The notes under the pieces are model-generated. The model ran no database searches. It had not been told where the DNA came from and worked only from the letters and a program-made list of their open reading frames with translations. The position numbers and the translations under genes are program-made. A stretch of DNA of 64,000 bases from Lytechinus pictus. Its lineage: Eukaryota. Positions 51,750 through 63,117 of this stretch are shown here, in pieces (position 1 is the first letter of the stretch; each line of letters begins with the position of its first letter). The stretch covers positions 15,748,001 through 15,812,000 of the forward strand of contig NC_087257.1 in the NCBI RefSeq assembly GCF_037042905.1, in the 5' to 3' direction.

Positions 51750-54700
51750 TGTGACGTATAACTACTAGTGACTTGACAGTAGACAGTACTCAAACAAAAG
51801 ACTCGGTGACGCGGAATTTCCAGTTATCATACGATGCATGAAGTATACAATCTGGGCATACCATCTAGCATACCATCGAGCATACCATCGAGCATGTTCA
51901 ATCTGTAGCATAAAAATATAAACAAACAATAATAAGCATCTGTATATGCAGTTACATTTATGTACTTGCATGAGATAAAATAAATAGTCTATGTATTGCA
52001 CAAATTATTTGTGACGTTTGAATCTTGCATAAATAATATTCTGGTTTCCTGTAACATACCTATCAAATTCTGTCAATGTATTCCAAATGACCTTGAATAA
52101 ACTTTGCAATATGCGGTAAAATAAACAAAACCTTGACTTCGTCTCATTTGTCCTTTATATCCACTACGATACTTAAATATTACCTTGCCTCTAAACTATA
52201 TACTCTGAGGCATTATTGACTAGCAATAACTTTACTCAAACCAATAACTAGGCTTTCATTTCACCTTCACTGTATGTGTTATTTGTAATTATCAGGGCTT
52301 TAAGATGCACCAAAAACTGGCTTTAATGCCTTATTTCCAAACTCATACATATACTGTATCCTTTTCAACAACTAGAACCAAATGTAGCTAACAAAGAACA
52401 ACATTTGTTTATTTGACATTCCATTTCGTTTACAACTCTGAACATGAATAGCCTACTATGCACTGTGTGCGAGATTACCACACAGTACCGTACCGATATG
52501 CTATTACGCAACACTCTTCATGTGCATGTCCAATTACCTATCAATGTACAATGTCAATATACGTTTATCACACGTGTATTCTATACGTAAACTCCAAACA
52601 CTTTCACCAAAGTTATGAGCTAAATTAACAACAAATTAATTATCGTCTCGAGTTAATTTTGGTTCCATATATTCAGTTAAACATTACATTACGGAAATAT
52701 AAAGGTCCTTTTACTTACAACATTGGACTTGTACCGATTATCTTGAATTCTACTGTAAAGTCACGACGGGCTGAACTTTAAATCTTTGTCGATCTTGGCA
52801 AGGCAAATTTCCAACGCCCTCTATCGACCCAGATAAATGATGCTACAACTCAATTAACGTCTCTGACGTCATGTTAAATATTTCAAAGAAAAAATACACT
52901 TTCTAAATCTTACACTCCGGCCCCTTAAATGCATAGACACAACGGAGCATTTATCAATTTTTTCTTTCACGATTAAAATTTACACTGTATCTTGCTTCCC
53001 TTTAATCATTTGAACTGACTGGTAAGTAAGAATACACTAAACTCCAAATACCTTTAAATTGCATGTACCTGTATATAAATAATAACATGCACTATTTGCT
53101 TTAGTACACATAATTGGCTTTGACAACAATTGAAATCGACAACCCTTTCCAATATGGCAGTCTAGAAAATAATTTGATATAAACTTTAAATGCTTGTGAC
53201 CTAGAGACATTCAGTTATGCTCAAGAAAATAATGAATTGCCTTTTTCCTGCAATCATCTATAAAACATTGTCCCTTTAAAACATAAATTAACATCTATGT
53301 CCTATTATTTTTTACAAACATTGTGTTCCCTATTACACAATATCATATCATTTTCTGGGTCTTCACAGATTAAATTCAAATTCTAGCTGAGCATACAGTA
53401 TATACACAAAGTATAAATCTAACGTTATGTATCTTCAATCCTTACAACTCTTTGAATATTTCCAACTATTCTTTTCTTGCAAAAACACTTGAATTGAGTC
53501 GGTGTTTAAACTCAAAAGTGAACCTGTTTTTTGTCTCCTCTTAATCAGCAATGACAATATCAAACTCTCTGCATCAAATCTGGCACCTTTGTAAGAATAG
53601 TCTTGTTTGAATAACATACTTTATCAACTGTGATCATCAAATATGCCTTTTAGATCACAAAATACACAAAAAATACATCCTGAGGATGAGATACATTTAC
53701 TAGATTAACTAGTCTCTTATCAAGTTGAAATATCCCTTTTATATAGTCTTTCTTCAATCCACAATTTAATAAACGTTTTAATGAATTTCGGAACTTATTA
53801 TGTCCATCATCTTGAAATTCAAAGTTCTTCATGTTGTCGTCAATTTCAAACTGTTCATGTTGTAACTCATGATTCATTATAGTCTTGTTTTAAGTCTTGA
53901 ATGTTTCTAAACTTTCCATTCTTTAAGAATGATTTGCTGCTTGGCTGAATGTCGTCGTGATAAACTGCTTGAAAATGTCCTCCACTCTAACAGTCATTCA
54001 TCTCGAAACAATGAGAATGATTGGTTTCAAATTTTTGAACATTCCTTTGAGCATTTCAAAACAATTCTTGATAACTGATGCAAATTCCTTTTCCTTGATT
54101 AGCAATTCCTGCTTTTGCTGTGCTATCAAATTATCAATTTTCAATCGACCTGGTACCACACTAATCGTCTTGTATTGTTCTATAAGAGCAAATTCAATAT
54201 AAAGAAAATTTTACTCACTAATTTTAAACTTTCTGCTATTTCCAAAAATACGATTTCTGAACTGGTCCTTTTTGGATCTCACCTGCTACATTTTTACACT
54301 TTCACCACAATGAGAAATATATCTTTGTAGTGCCTTAAATTCAAATATTTTCTCTAACAAAATACATATGTATCAGATAATTTTTATGACCAAACATGTA
54401 CGTGTACAGATTCAACCGTATCCCTTTTCTGAATTTCTTTGTTTTACAATGTACGGTGTGAAACTGTCAACTCCAAAATACATGTAGCCAAATAAAGGTT
54501 TACCAGGTGACACTCTGGGCAGATTGGCCAGGTCCGGCCCCTGTGGAACCTTGTCAGGTAATGCTTCTTCATTATGCTTTGCCACACAATCACTAATAAC
54601 TTGTGGACTTATGATTAAATGGTGAGGTAAGTACAATGAGGTTATATCTTCTAATTGTTCTGTCTTATTAACTTTCATTATAGAGTAGTTACTTAGCATA

Positions 54701-55801
54701 TGTTCTACGTCCACTTGGTGTTTCTTCTGAAGTGTATCATCTATCAGTAATCTCTTGGGTGACGACTGCAAACGCTGTTCTGCAGTCAAAATGTCGTCTG
54801 GTAGTTTTGGCGTTTTCTTCTCAAACGACGTTGGCGATAGGTTGTGAACTCCATCCTTTTTACCACTACTCTCCCGGAAAGCTGACGCATTACTAACATT
54901 GATGGACGAAACCTTGTCCTTCTGAAGAACTTCTGAGCTTTCATTCTTCCTGAATATCTGAAGTCTGCCATCCTCCAGTTTGATGTCGCTACCAACAAAG
55001 CTTGTAGTAGCTGTGTGTATGTCTTCTGGCATCTTGGGCTGGACAGGACCACTTACTGCCCATCCTAATTTGGTTCTTACAGCATAAGGTCCATCCTCGG
55101 ATGCTCTAATTTCTATAGGTATCAATGCTCCAGGCACATCTTGTCCGATCAAAAGTCCAACTTCATGTTGTGTGACGATAGGAATGTTGATTCCTTCTAG
55201 GTGGTTCCATCCTCTGATGTCTTCCATCTTGGCGATGTGAGATTCTTTGACGTTGATTGACTCTCTTGTATATACACGTGGTAACTTCACTATCTCTGTA
55301 TCTTTGCCTGTGTCTACTATGAGGCTAACAACTGATGTATCTACTGTGCTGTTAGATCTTCCAAGTGTTGATAGATTTAGACTTTGCTTCCTTTCCACTG
55401 CATTAAGTTGTCTGGATAGGGCTGCTGTACAAAACGTGCTGGTAGAACCAGTATCTAGGAGTGCGTAAGTTTCAACAGACTGGCTCTCGTTGTGTGCCCT
55501 TACCCTAACTGGAACGATGGGAAGTACACACCTACCGGCCCCTGTGACCGACTTATCAATGAAGCTATTCTGAGCTGTTTGGATTTCATCAAATGGCGTT
55601 TGAGTGGAAGATGATATCAAATGTTTATTTGGTTGAGGCTGATTCTCTATCTCTTGATGCGGAGTACCTCTTTCAGGTGACAAGCTTTCCCGAAATAAGT
55701 GGAGAAACTTTGTATGTTTTCTCTGACATCCTGGTACTGAGCATGTTCGGTTCAACTTACAAATTCTGCTGGTATGACCTTGTTGCAAGCAATTGAAACA
55801 T
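51750..55801 (-). mobile_element. 5'-truncated element B (complete 3' LTR 51750-52914; ORF remnant 54412-55801 from zinc knuckle 2 onward)
   Basis: Direct repeat of 44934-48822 (internal offset 6979). Confidence 0.92.
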
Positions 55802-56275
55802 TTATTGACTCTTATGTGTCTGGTAGAGTCAATTGTAAATGGACGTCCAGTAACCACTGTCTCCGACGATGCCCGAGATGCTGAGCCCCTTACACCCAAC
55901 CATTTGTTGCTCCTGAGGTCAAATAATCCCCTTCCGCCTGATGTATTTCAGAAGCAGGACTTGTATGGACGTCGGCGCTGGAAACAAATCCAATACTTAG
56001 CAGATGTTTTCTGGCGGCGGTGGGTAAAGGAGTATTTGCCTACCCTACAGCAACGTCAAAAGTGGCAAAAACCAACAAGAAATCTGGTTGAAGGTGATAT
56101 TGTATTGATAATGGATGATCAACCTAGGAACAAGTGGCTAATGGGAAGGGTGACAGAGACCTTCCCTGGTAAGGACAAGCTCGTCAGATCTGTAAAGGTA
56201 AAGCACAGCAGTGGGACCCTAGAACGACCTGTTCAAAAATTATGCCTTTTGGAGGCAACCGGATTAAATGTTTAA
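55802..56275 (+). pseudogene. pol: Integrase C-terminal fragment of A (DUF5641-like)
   Basis: LLTLMCLVESIVNGRP..PLTPNHLLL..FWRRWVKEYL..GDIVL..LVRSVKV..RPVQKLCLLE*. Confidence 0.92.
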
Positions 56276-57713
56276 GCGAGAGAGTTAAAATCGCAGTGTC
56301 TAAACTCCCATTTCCCTGGTCTAAGTGCATTTAACAAGCAATTTGTGCGGAATATGGATTTGATAAAAGGATAAGGAGTAAATTCATATCTGAGATTTAT
56401 TTGTCAAATCTGTTTAAAATTTTCTTTATATTGAACTTGCTCTTATAGAACAATACAAGAAGATTAGTGTGGTACCAGGTCAATTGAAATTGATAATTTG
56501 ATAGCACAGCAAAAGCAGGAACTGCTAATCAAGGAAAAGGAATTTGCATCAGTTATCAAGAATTGTTTTTGAAATGCTCAAAGGAATGTTCAAAATTTTG
56601 AAACCAATCATTCTCATTGTTTCGAGATGAATGACTGTTAGAGTGGAGGACATTTTCAAGCAGTTTATCACGACGACATTCAGCCAAGCAGCAAATCATT
56701 CTTAAAGAATGGAAAGTTTAGAAACATTCAAGACTTGAAACAAGACTATAATGAATCATGAGTTACAACATGAACAGTTTGAAATTGACGACAACATGAA
56801 GAACTTTGAATTTCAAGATGATGGACATAATAAGTTCCGAAATTCATTAAAACGTTTATTAAATTGTGGATTGAAGAAAGACTATATAAAAGGGATATTT
56901 CAACTTGATAAGAGACTAGTTAATCTAGTAAATGTATCTCATCCTCAGGATGTATTTTTTGTGTATTTTGTGATCTAAAAGGCATATTTGATGATCACAG
57001 TTGATAAAGTATGTTATTCAAACAAGACTATTCTTACAAAGGTGCCAGATTTGATGCAGAGAGTTTGATATTGTCATTGCTGATTAAGAGGAGACAAAAA
57101 ACAGGTTCACTTTTGAGTTTAAACACCGACTCAATTCAAGTGTTTTTGCAAGAAAAGAATAGTTGGAAATATTCAAAGAGTTGTAAGGATTGAAGATACA
57201 TAACGTTAGATTTATACTTTGTGTATATACTGTATGCTCAGCTAGAATTTGAATTTAATCTGTGAAGACCCAGAAAATGATATGATATTGTGTAATAGGG
57301 AACACAATGTTTGTAAAAAATAATAGGACATAGATGTTAATTTATGTTTTAAAGGGACAATGTTTTATAGATGATTGCAGGAAAAAGGCAATTCATTATT
57401 TTCTTGAGCATAACTGAATGTCTCTAGGTCACAAGCATTTAAAGTTTATATCAAATTATTTTCTAGACTGCCATATTGGAAAGGGTTGTCGATTTCAATT
57501 GTTGTCAAAGCCAATTATGTGTACTAAAGCAAATAGTGCATGTTATTATTTATATACAGGTACATGCAATTTAAAGGTATTTGGAGTTTAGTGTATTCTT
57601 ACTTACCAGTCAGTTCAAATGATTAAAGGGAAGCAAGATACAGTGTAAATTTTAATCGTGAAAGAAAAAATTGATAAATGCTCCGCTGTGTCTATGCATT
57701 TAAGGGGCCGGAG

Positions 57714-58877
57714 TGTAAGATTTAGAAAGTGTATTTTTTCTTTGAAATATTTAACATGACGTCAGAGACGTTAATTGAGTTGTAGCATCATTTATCTGGG
57801 TCGATAGAGGGCGTTGGAAATTTGCCTTGCCAAGATTGACAAAGATTTAAAGTTCAGCCCGTCGTGACTTTACAGTAGAATTCAAGATAATCGGTACAAG
57901 TCCAATGTTGTAAGTAAAAGGACCTTTATATTTCCGTAATGTAATGTTTAACTGAATATATGGAACCAAAATTAACTCGAGACGATAATTAATTTGTTGT
58001 TAATTTAGCTCATAACTTTGGTGAAAGTGTTTGGAGTTTACGTATAGAATACACGTGTGATAAACGTATATTGACATTGTACATTGATAGGTAATTGGAC
58101 ATGCACATGAAGAGTGTTGCGTAATAGCATATCGGTACGGTACTGTGTGGTAATCTCGCACACAGTGCATAGTAGGCTATTCATGTTCAGAGTTGTAAAC
58201 GAAATGGAATGTCAAATAAACAAATGTTGTTCTTTGTTAGCTACATTTGGTTCTAGTTGTTGAAAAGGATACAGTATATGTATGAGTTTGGAAATAAGGC
58301 ATTAAAGCCAGTTTTTGGTGCATCTTAAAGCCCTGATAATTACAAATAACACATACAGTGAAGGTGAAATGAAAGCCTAGTTATTGGTTTGAGTAAAGTT
58401 ATTGCTAGTCAATAATGCCTCAGAGTATATAGTTTAGAGGCAAGGTAATATTTAAGTATCGTAGTGGATATAAAGGACAAATGAGACGAAGTCAAGGTTT
58501 TGTTTATTTACCGCATATTGCAAAGTTTATTCAAGGTCATTTGGAATACATTGACAGAATTTGATAGGTATGTTACAGGAAACCAGAATATTATTTATGC
58601 AAGATTCAAACGTCACAAATAATTTGTGCAATACATAGACTATTTATTTTATCTCATGCAAGTACATAAATGTAACTGCATATACAGATGCTTATTATTG
58701 TTTGTTTATATTTTTATGCTACAGATTGAACATGCTCGATGGTATGCTCGATGGTATGCTAGATGGTATGCCCAGATTGTATACTTCATGCATCGTATGA
58801 TAACTGGAAATTCCGCGTCACCGAGTCTTTTGTTTGAGTACTGTCTACTGTCAAGTCACTAGTAGTTATACGTCACA
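57714..58877 (+). repeat. BEL 3' LTR preceded by PPT (57702-57713)
   Basis: AAGGGGCCGGAG|TGTAAGA ... GTCACA; B-type variants. Confidence 0.9.
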
Positions 58878-58909
58878 AAAAAAAAAACATTTTTTAAAAA
58901 TTTGTTTAG

Positions 58910-60073
58910 TGTAAGATTTAGAAAGTGTATTTTTTCTTTGAAATATTTAACATGACGTCAGAGACGTTAATTGAGTTGTAGCATCATTTATCTGGGTCGA
59001 TAGAGGGCGTTGGAAATTTGCCTTGCCAAGATCGACAAAGATTTAAAGTTCAGCCCGTCGTGACTTTACAGTAGAATTCAAGATAATCGGTACAAGTCCA
59101 ATGTTGTAAGTAAAAGGACCTTTATATTTCCGTAATGTAATGTTTAACTGAATATATGGAACCAAAATTAACTCGAGACGATAATTAATTTGTTGTTAAT
59201 TTAGCTCATAACTTTGGTGAAAGTGTTTGGAGTTTACGTATAGAATACACGTGTGATAAACGTATATTGACATTGTACATTGATAGGTAATTGGACATGC
59301 ACATGAAGAGTGTTGCGTAATAGCATATCGGTACGGTACTGTGTGGTAATCTCGCACACAGTGCATAGTAGGCTATTCATGTTCAGAGTTGTAAACGAAA
59401 TGGAATGTCAAATAAACAAATGTTGTTCTTTGTTAGCTACATTTGGTTCTAGTTGTTGAAAAGGATACAGTATATGTATGAGTTTGGAAATAAGGCATTA
59501 AAGCCAGTTTTTGGTGCATCTTAAAGCCCTGATAATTACAAATAACACATACAGTGAAGGTGAAATGAAAGCCTAGTTATTGGTTTGAGTAAAGTTATTG
59601 CTAGTCAATAATGCCTCAGAGTATATAGTTTAGAGGCAAGGTAATATTTAAGTATCGTAGTGGATATAAAGGACAAATGAGACGAAGTCAAGGTTTTGTT
59701 TATTTACCGCATATTGCAAAGTTTATTCAAGGTCATTTGGAATACATTGACAGAATTTGATAGGTATGTTACAGGAAACCAGAATATTATTTATGCAAGA
59801 TTCAAACGTCACAAATAATTTGTGCAATACATAGACTATTTATTTTATCTCATGCAAGTACATAAATGTAACTGCATATACAGATGCTTATTATTGTTTG
59901 TTTATATTTTTATGCTACAGATTGAACATGCTCGATGGTATGCTCGATGGTATGCTAGATGGTATGCCCAGATTGTATACTTCATGCATCGTATGATAAC
60001 TGGAAATTCCGCGTCACCGAGTCTTTTGTTTGAGTACTGTCTACTGTCAAGTCACTAGTAGTTATACGTCACA
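58910..60073 (+). repeat. BEL 5' LTR of the next element B copy
   Basis: Complete TG..CA copy 32 nt after the preceding LTR. Confidence 0.9.
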
Positions 60074-60131
60074 AAAAGTTCAATAACAATCGTCACCGTA
60101 AGAACAGTCGTCACCGTCAAGAACAGTCGCC

Positions 60132-62747
60132 ATGAGTGGATCATCTGAAAGTATCAAGTCCGAGGACTCGGCCAGCCAAGGTGGTAAGAGTTCAACAGCG
60201 TCATCGAGGATAAAGACGAAGGCCAAGAAGGCAGCCCTGGCAGCAGAGCTAGCATCCTTGAAGGAACAGCATGAGTTAGAGCTTCAAGAATTTCATCTAC
60301 AGCAAAAGAAGGCACAGTTTATGTTAGAAACTAAGCTCAAAGTTGCAGCAGCAGAAGAGGCTGTATATGAACAATTTGATCAGCATCCCAGTCAACTCGA
60401 CATTAAGATAGAACCCACAAGTGAAGAACTTGGTCAACAGCAGCAGCCCATTCAGCCACAGATTCAGGCCAGCGAGCATCGCAACAATGTACGTCAGGAG
60501 AATTTGGAAGACACAATGCCATACCCGCAGCACAACCAAGATTTGTATCAGTATCAGCAAATACAGCATCGTTTGTTGGAAGCAATAAGCCTGTCAAATG
60601 TGGAAATCATGAAGTTTAACGGTAACCCTTTACACTATCATGAGTTCATGGCATGTTTTGATAATTTGATAGGCTCGTCTACACTAGACAGAGGGACAAA
60701 GCTCATGAAGTTGTATCAGTGCTGTGAAGGGGATGTAAAGAACATCATACAGTGTTGTATGGTAATGGATCCAGTGCTAGGATATCAACGCGCCAGAGAA
60801 TTACTGAGAGAACGCTTTGGCAGTAGATTTAAGATAGGAGAAGCATGGATTGAACAGATAACTAATGGTTCAGCACTTCATGCAAATGATAGAACTGGAC
60901 TACGCAAGTTTGCTGACGAATTACAGGTATGTCTTGAGACTCTTAAGGCATTGAATCTGACAAAGGAAATCAGCAGTAACAGAGAGCTGGTCAAACTGGC
61001 AGAAAGACTACCATTTCATCTCAAAGCTAGATGGTTGAAAGTAGTGAGAGACATTAGGCAAAGAGGTCGATCTCCAGATATCACTGACATGGTGAAGTTT
61101 GTATCTGATGCCGCCGAAGAAGTTAACGATCCAGTCTTCGGTGAGCTGACTGCGACTTCTCCAAGATCAGCATCTAAACCAAGCTTCAACAAGCAACATT
61201 CAAAGAGCAGCTACTCTACAGCAGTCACTGATAATTCAAGCTTTCCTAAGCCCAAGAAGTGCTTCAAGTGTTATCAAGACCATACCTTGTTTGGTTGTGA
61301 CAGCTTTAAGTCTCTGACACCTGATGAGAGATTTAAATTTGCACAAGAGAACAGACTATGTTTCAATTGCTTGCAACAAGGTCATACCAGCAGAATTTGT
61401 AAGTTGAACCGAACATGCTCAGTACCAGGATGTCAGAGAAAACATACAAAGTTTCTCCACTTATTTCGGGAAAGCTTGTCACCTGAAAGAGGTACTCCGC
61501 ATCAAGAGATAGAGAATCAGCCTCAACCAAATAAACATTTGATATCATCTTCCACTCAAACGCCATTTGATGAAATCCAAACAGCTCAGAATAGCTTCAT
61601 TGATAAGTCGGTCACAGGGGCCGGTAGGTGTGTACTTCCCATCGTTCCAGTTAGGGTAAGGGCACACAACGAGAGCCAGTCTGTTGAAACTTACGCACTC
61701 CTAGATACTGGTTCTACCAGCACGTTTTGTACAGCAGCCCTATCCAGACAACTTAATGCAGTGGAAAGGAAGCAAAGTCTAAATCTATCAACACTTGGAA
61801 GATCTAACAGCACAGTAGATACATCAGTTGTTAGCCTCATAGTAGACACAGGCAAAGATACAGAGATAGTGAAGTTACCACGTGTATATACAAGAGAGTC
61901 AATCAACGTCAAAGAATCTCACATCGCCAAGATGGAAGACATAAGAGGATGGAACCACCTAGAAGGAATCAACATTCCTATCGTCACACAACATGAAGTT
62001 GGACTTTTGATCGGACAAGATGTGCCTGGAGCATTGATACCTATAGAAATTAGAGCATCCGAGGATGGACCTTATGCTGTAAGAACCAAATTAGGATGGG
62101 CAGTAAGTGGTCCTGTCCAGCCCAAGATGCCAGAAGACATACACACAGCTACTACAAGCTTTGTTGGTAGCGACATCAAACTGGAGGATGGCAGACTTCA
62201 GATATTCAGGAAGAATGAAAGCTCAGAAGTTCTTCAGAAGGACAAGGTTTCGTCCATCAATGTTAGTAATGCGTCAGCTTTCCGGGAGAGTAGTGGTAAA
62301 AAGGATGGAGTTCACAACCTATCGCCAACGTCGTTTGAGAAGAAAACGCCAAAACTACCAGACGACATTTTGACTGCAGAACAGCGTTTGCAGTCGTCAC
62401 CCAAGAGATTACTGATAGATGATACACTTCAGAAGAAACACCAAGTGGACGTAGAACATATGCTAAGTAACTACTCTATAATGAAAGTTAATAAGACAGA
62501 ACAATTAGAAGATATAACCTCATTGTACTTACCTCACCATTTAATCATAAGTCCACAAGTTATTAGTGATTGTGTGGCAAAGCATAATGAAGAAGCATTA
62601 CCTGACAAGGTTCCACAGGGGCCGGACCTGGCCAATCTGCCCAGAGTGTCACCTGGTAAACCTTTATTTGGCTACATGTATTTTGGAGTTGACAGTTTCA
62701 CACCGTACATTGTAAAACAAAGAAATTCAGAAAAGGGATACGGTTGA
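60132..62747 (+). CDS. gag-pro: 871-aa Gag-protease ORF of element B (second intact copy)
   Basis: Identical to 47433-50048 product except one residue seen (IQHRL vs IQDRL). Confidence 0.92.
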   Translation: MSGSSESIKSEDSASQGGKSSTASSRIKTKAKKAALAAELASLKEQHELELQEFHLQQKKAQFMLETKLKVAAAEEAVYEQFDQHPSQLDIKIEPTSEELGQQQQPIQPQIQASEHRNNVRQENLEDTMPYPQHNQDLYQYQQIQHRLLEAISLSNVEIMKFNGNPLHYHEFMACFDNLIGSSTLDRGTKLMKLYQCCEGDVKNIIQCCMVMDPVLGYQRARELLRERFGSRFKIGEAWIEQITNGSALHANDRTGLRKFADELQVCLETLKALNLTKEISSNRELVKLAERLPFHLKARWLKVVRDIRQRGRSPDITDMVKFVSDAAEEVNDPVFGELTATSPRSASKPSFNKQHSKSSYSTAVTDNSSFPKPKKCFKCYQDHTLFGCDSFKSLTPDERFKFAQENRLCFNCLQQGHTSRICKLNRTCSVPGCQRKHTKFLHLFRESLSPERGTPHQEIENQPQPNKHLISSSTQTPFDEIQTAQNSFIDKSVTGAGRCVLPIVPVRVRAHNESQSVETYALLDTGSTSTFCTAALSRQLNAVERKQSLNLSTLGRSNSTVDTSVVSLIVDTGKDTEIVKLPRVYTRESINVKESHIAKMEDIRGWNHLEGINIPIVTQHEVGLLIGQDVPGALIPIEIRASEDGPYAVRTKLGWAVSGPVQPKMPEDIHTATTSFVGSDIKLEDGRLQIFRKNESSEVLQKDKVSSINVSNASAFRESSGKKDGVHNLSPTSFEKKTPKLPDDILTAEQRLQSSPKRLLIDDTLQKKHQVDVEHMLSNYSIMKVNKTEQLEDITSLYLPHHLIISPQVISDCVAKHNEEALPDKVPQGPDLANLPRVSPGKPLFGYMYFGVDSFTPYIVKQRNSEKGYG

Positions 62748-63117
62748 ATCTGTACACGTACATGTTTGGTCATAAAAATTATCTGATACATATGTATTTT
62801 GTTAGAGAAAATATTTGAATTTAAGGCACTACAAAGATATATTTCTCATTGTGGTGAAAGTGTAAAAATGTAGCAGGTGAGATCCAAAAAGGACCAGTTC
62901 AGAAATCGTATTTTTGGAAATAGCAGAAAGTTTAAAATTAGTGAGTAAAATTTTCTTTATATTGAATTTGCTCTTATAGAACAATACAAGACGATTAGTG
63001 TGGTACCAGGTCGATTGAAAATTGATAATTTGATAGCACAGCAAAAGCAGGAATTGCTAATCAAGGAAAAGGAATTTGCATCAGTTATCAAGAATTGTTT
63101 TGAAATGCTCAAAGGAA

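Noticed and set aside
54412-55899. 495-aa ORF with novel N-terminus
   Set aside because: N-terminal about 33 aa are antisense integrase across the 55801 junction
56751-57193. env-like or accessory ORF in the BEL 3' region
   Set aside because: Only 60-75-codon frames with no signal peptide or TM architecture; better explained as decayed integrase or plain UTR
58878-58887. Poly(A) tail of a LINE-mobilised copy
   Set aside because: A-run follows the complete LTR end rather than an internal R boundary and is part of a mixed A/T filler
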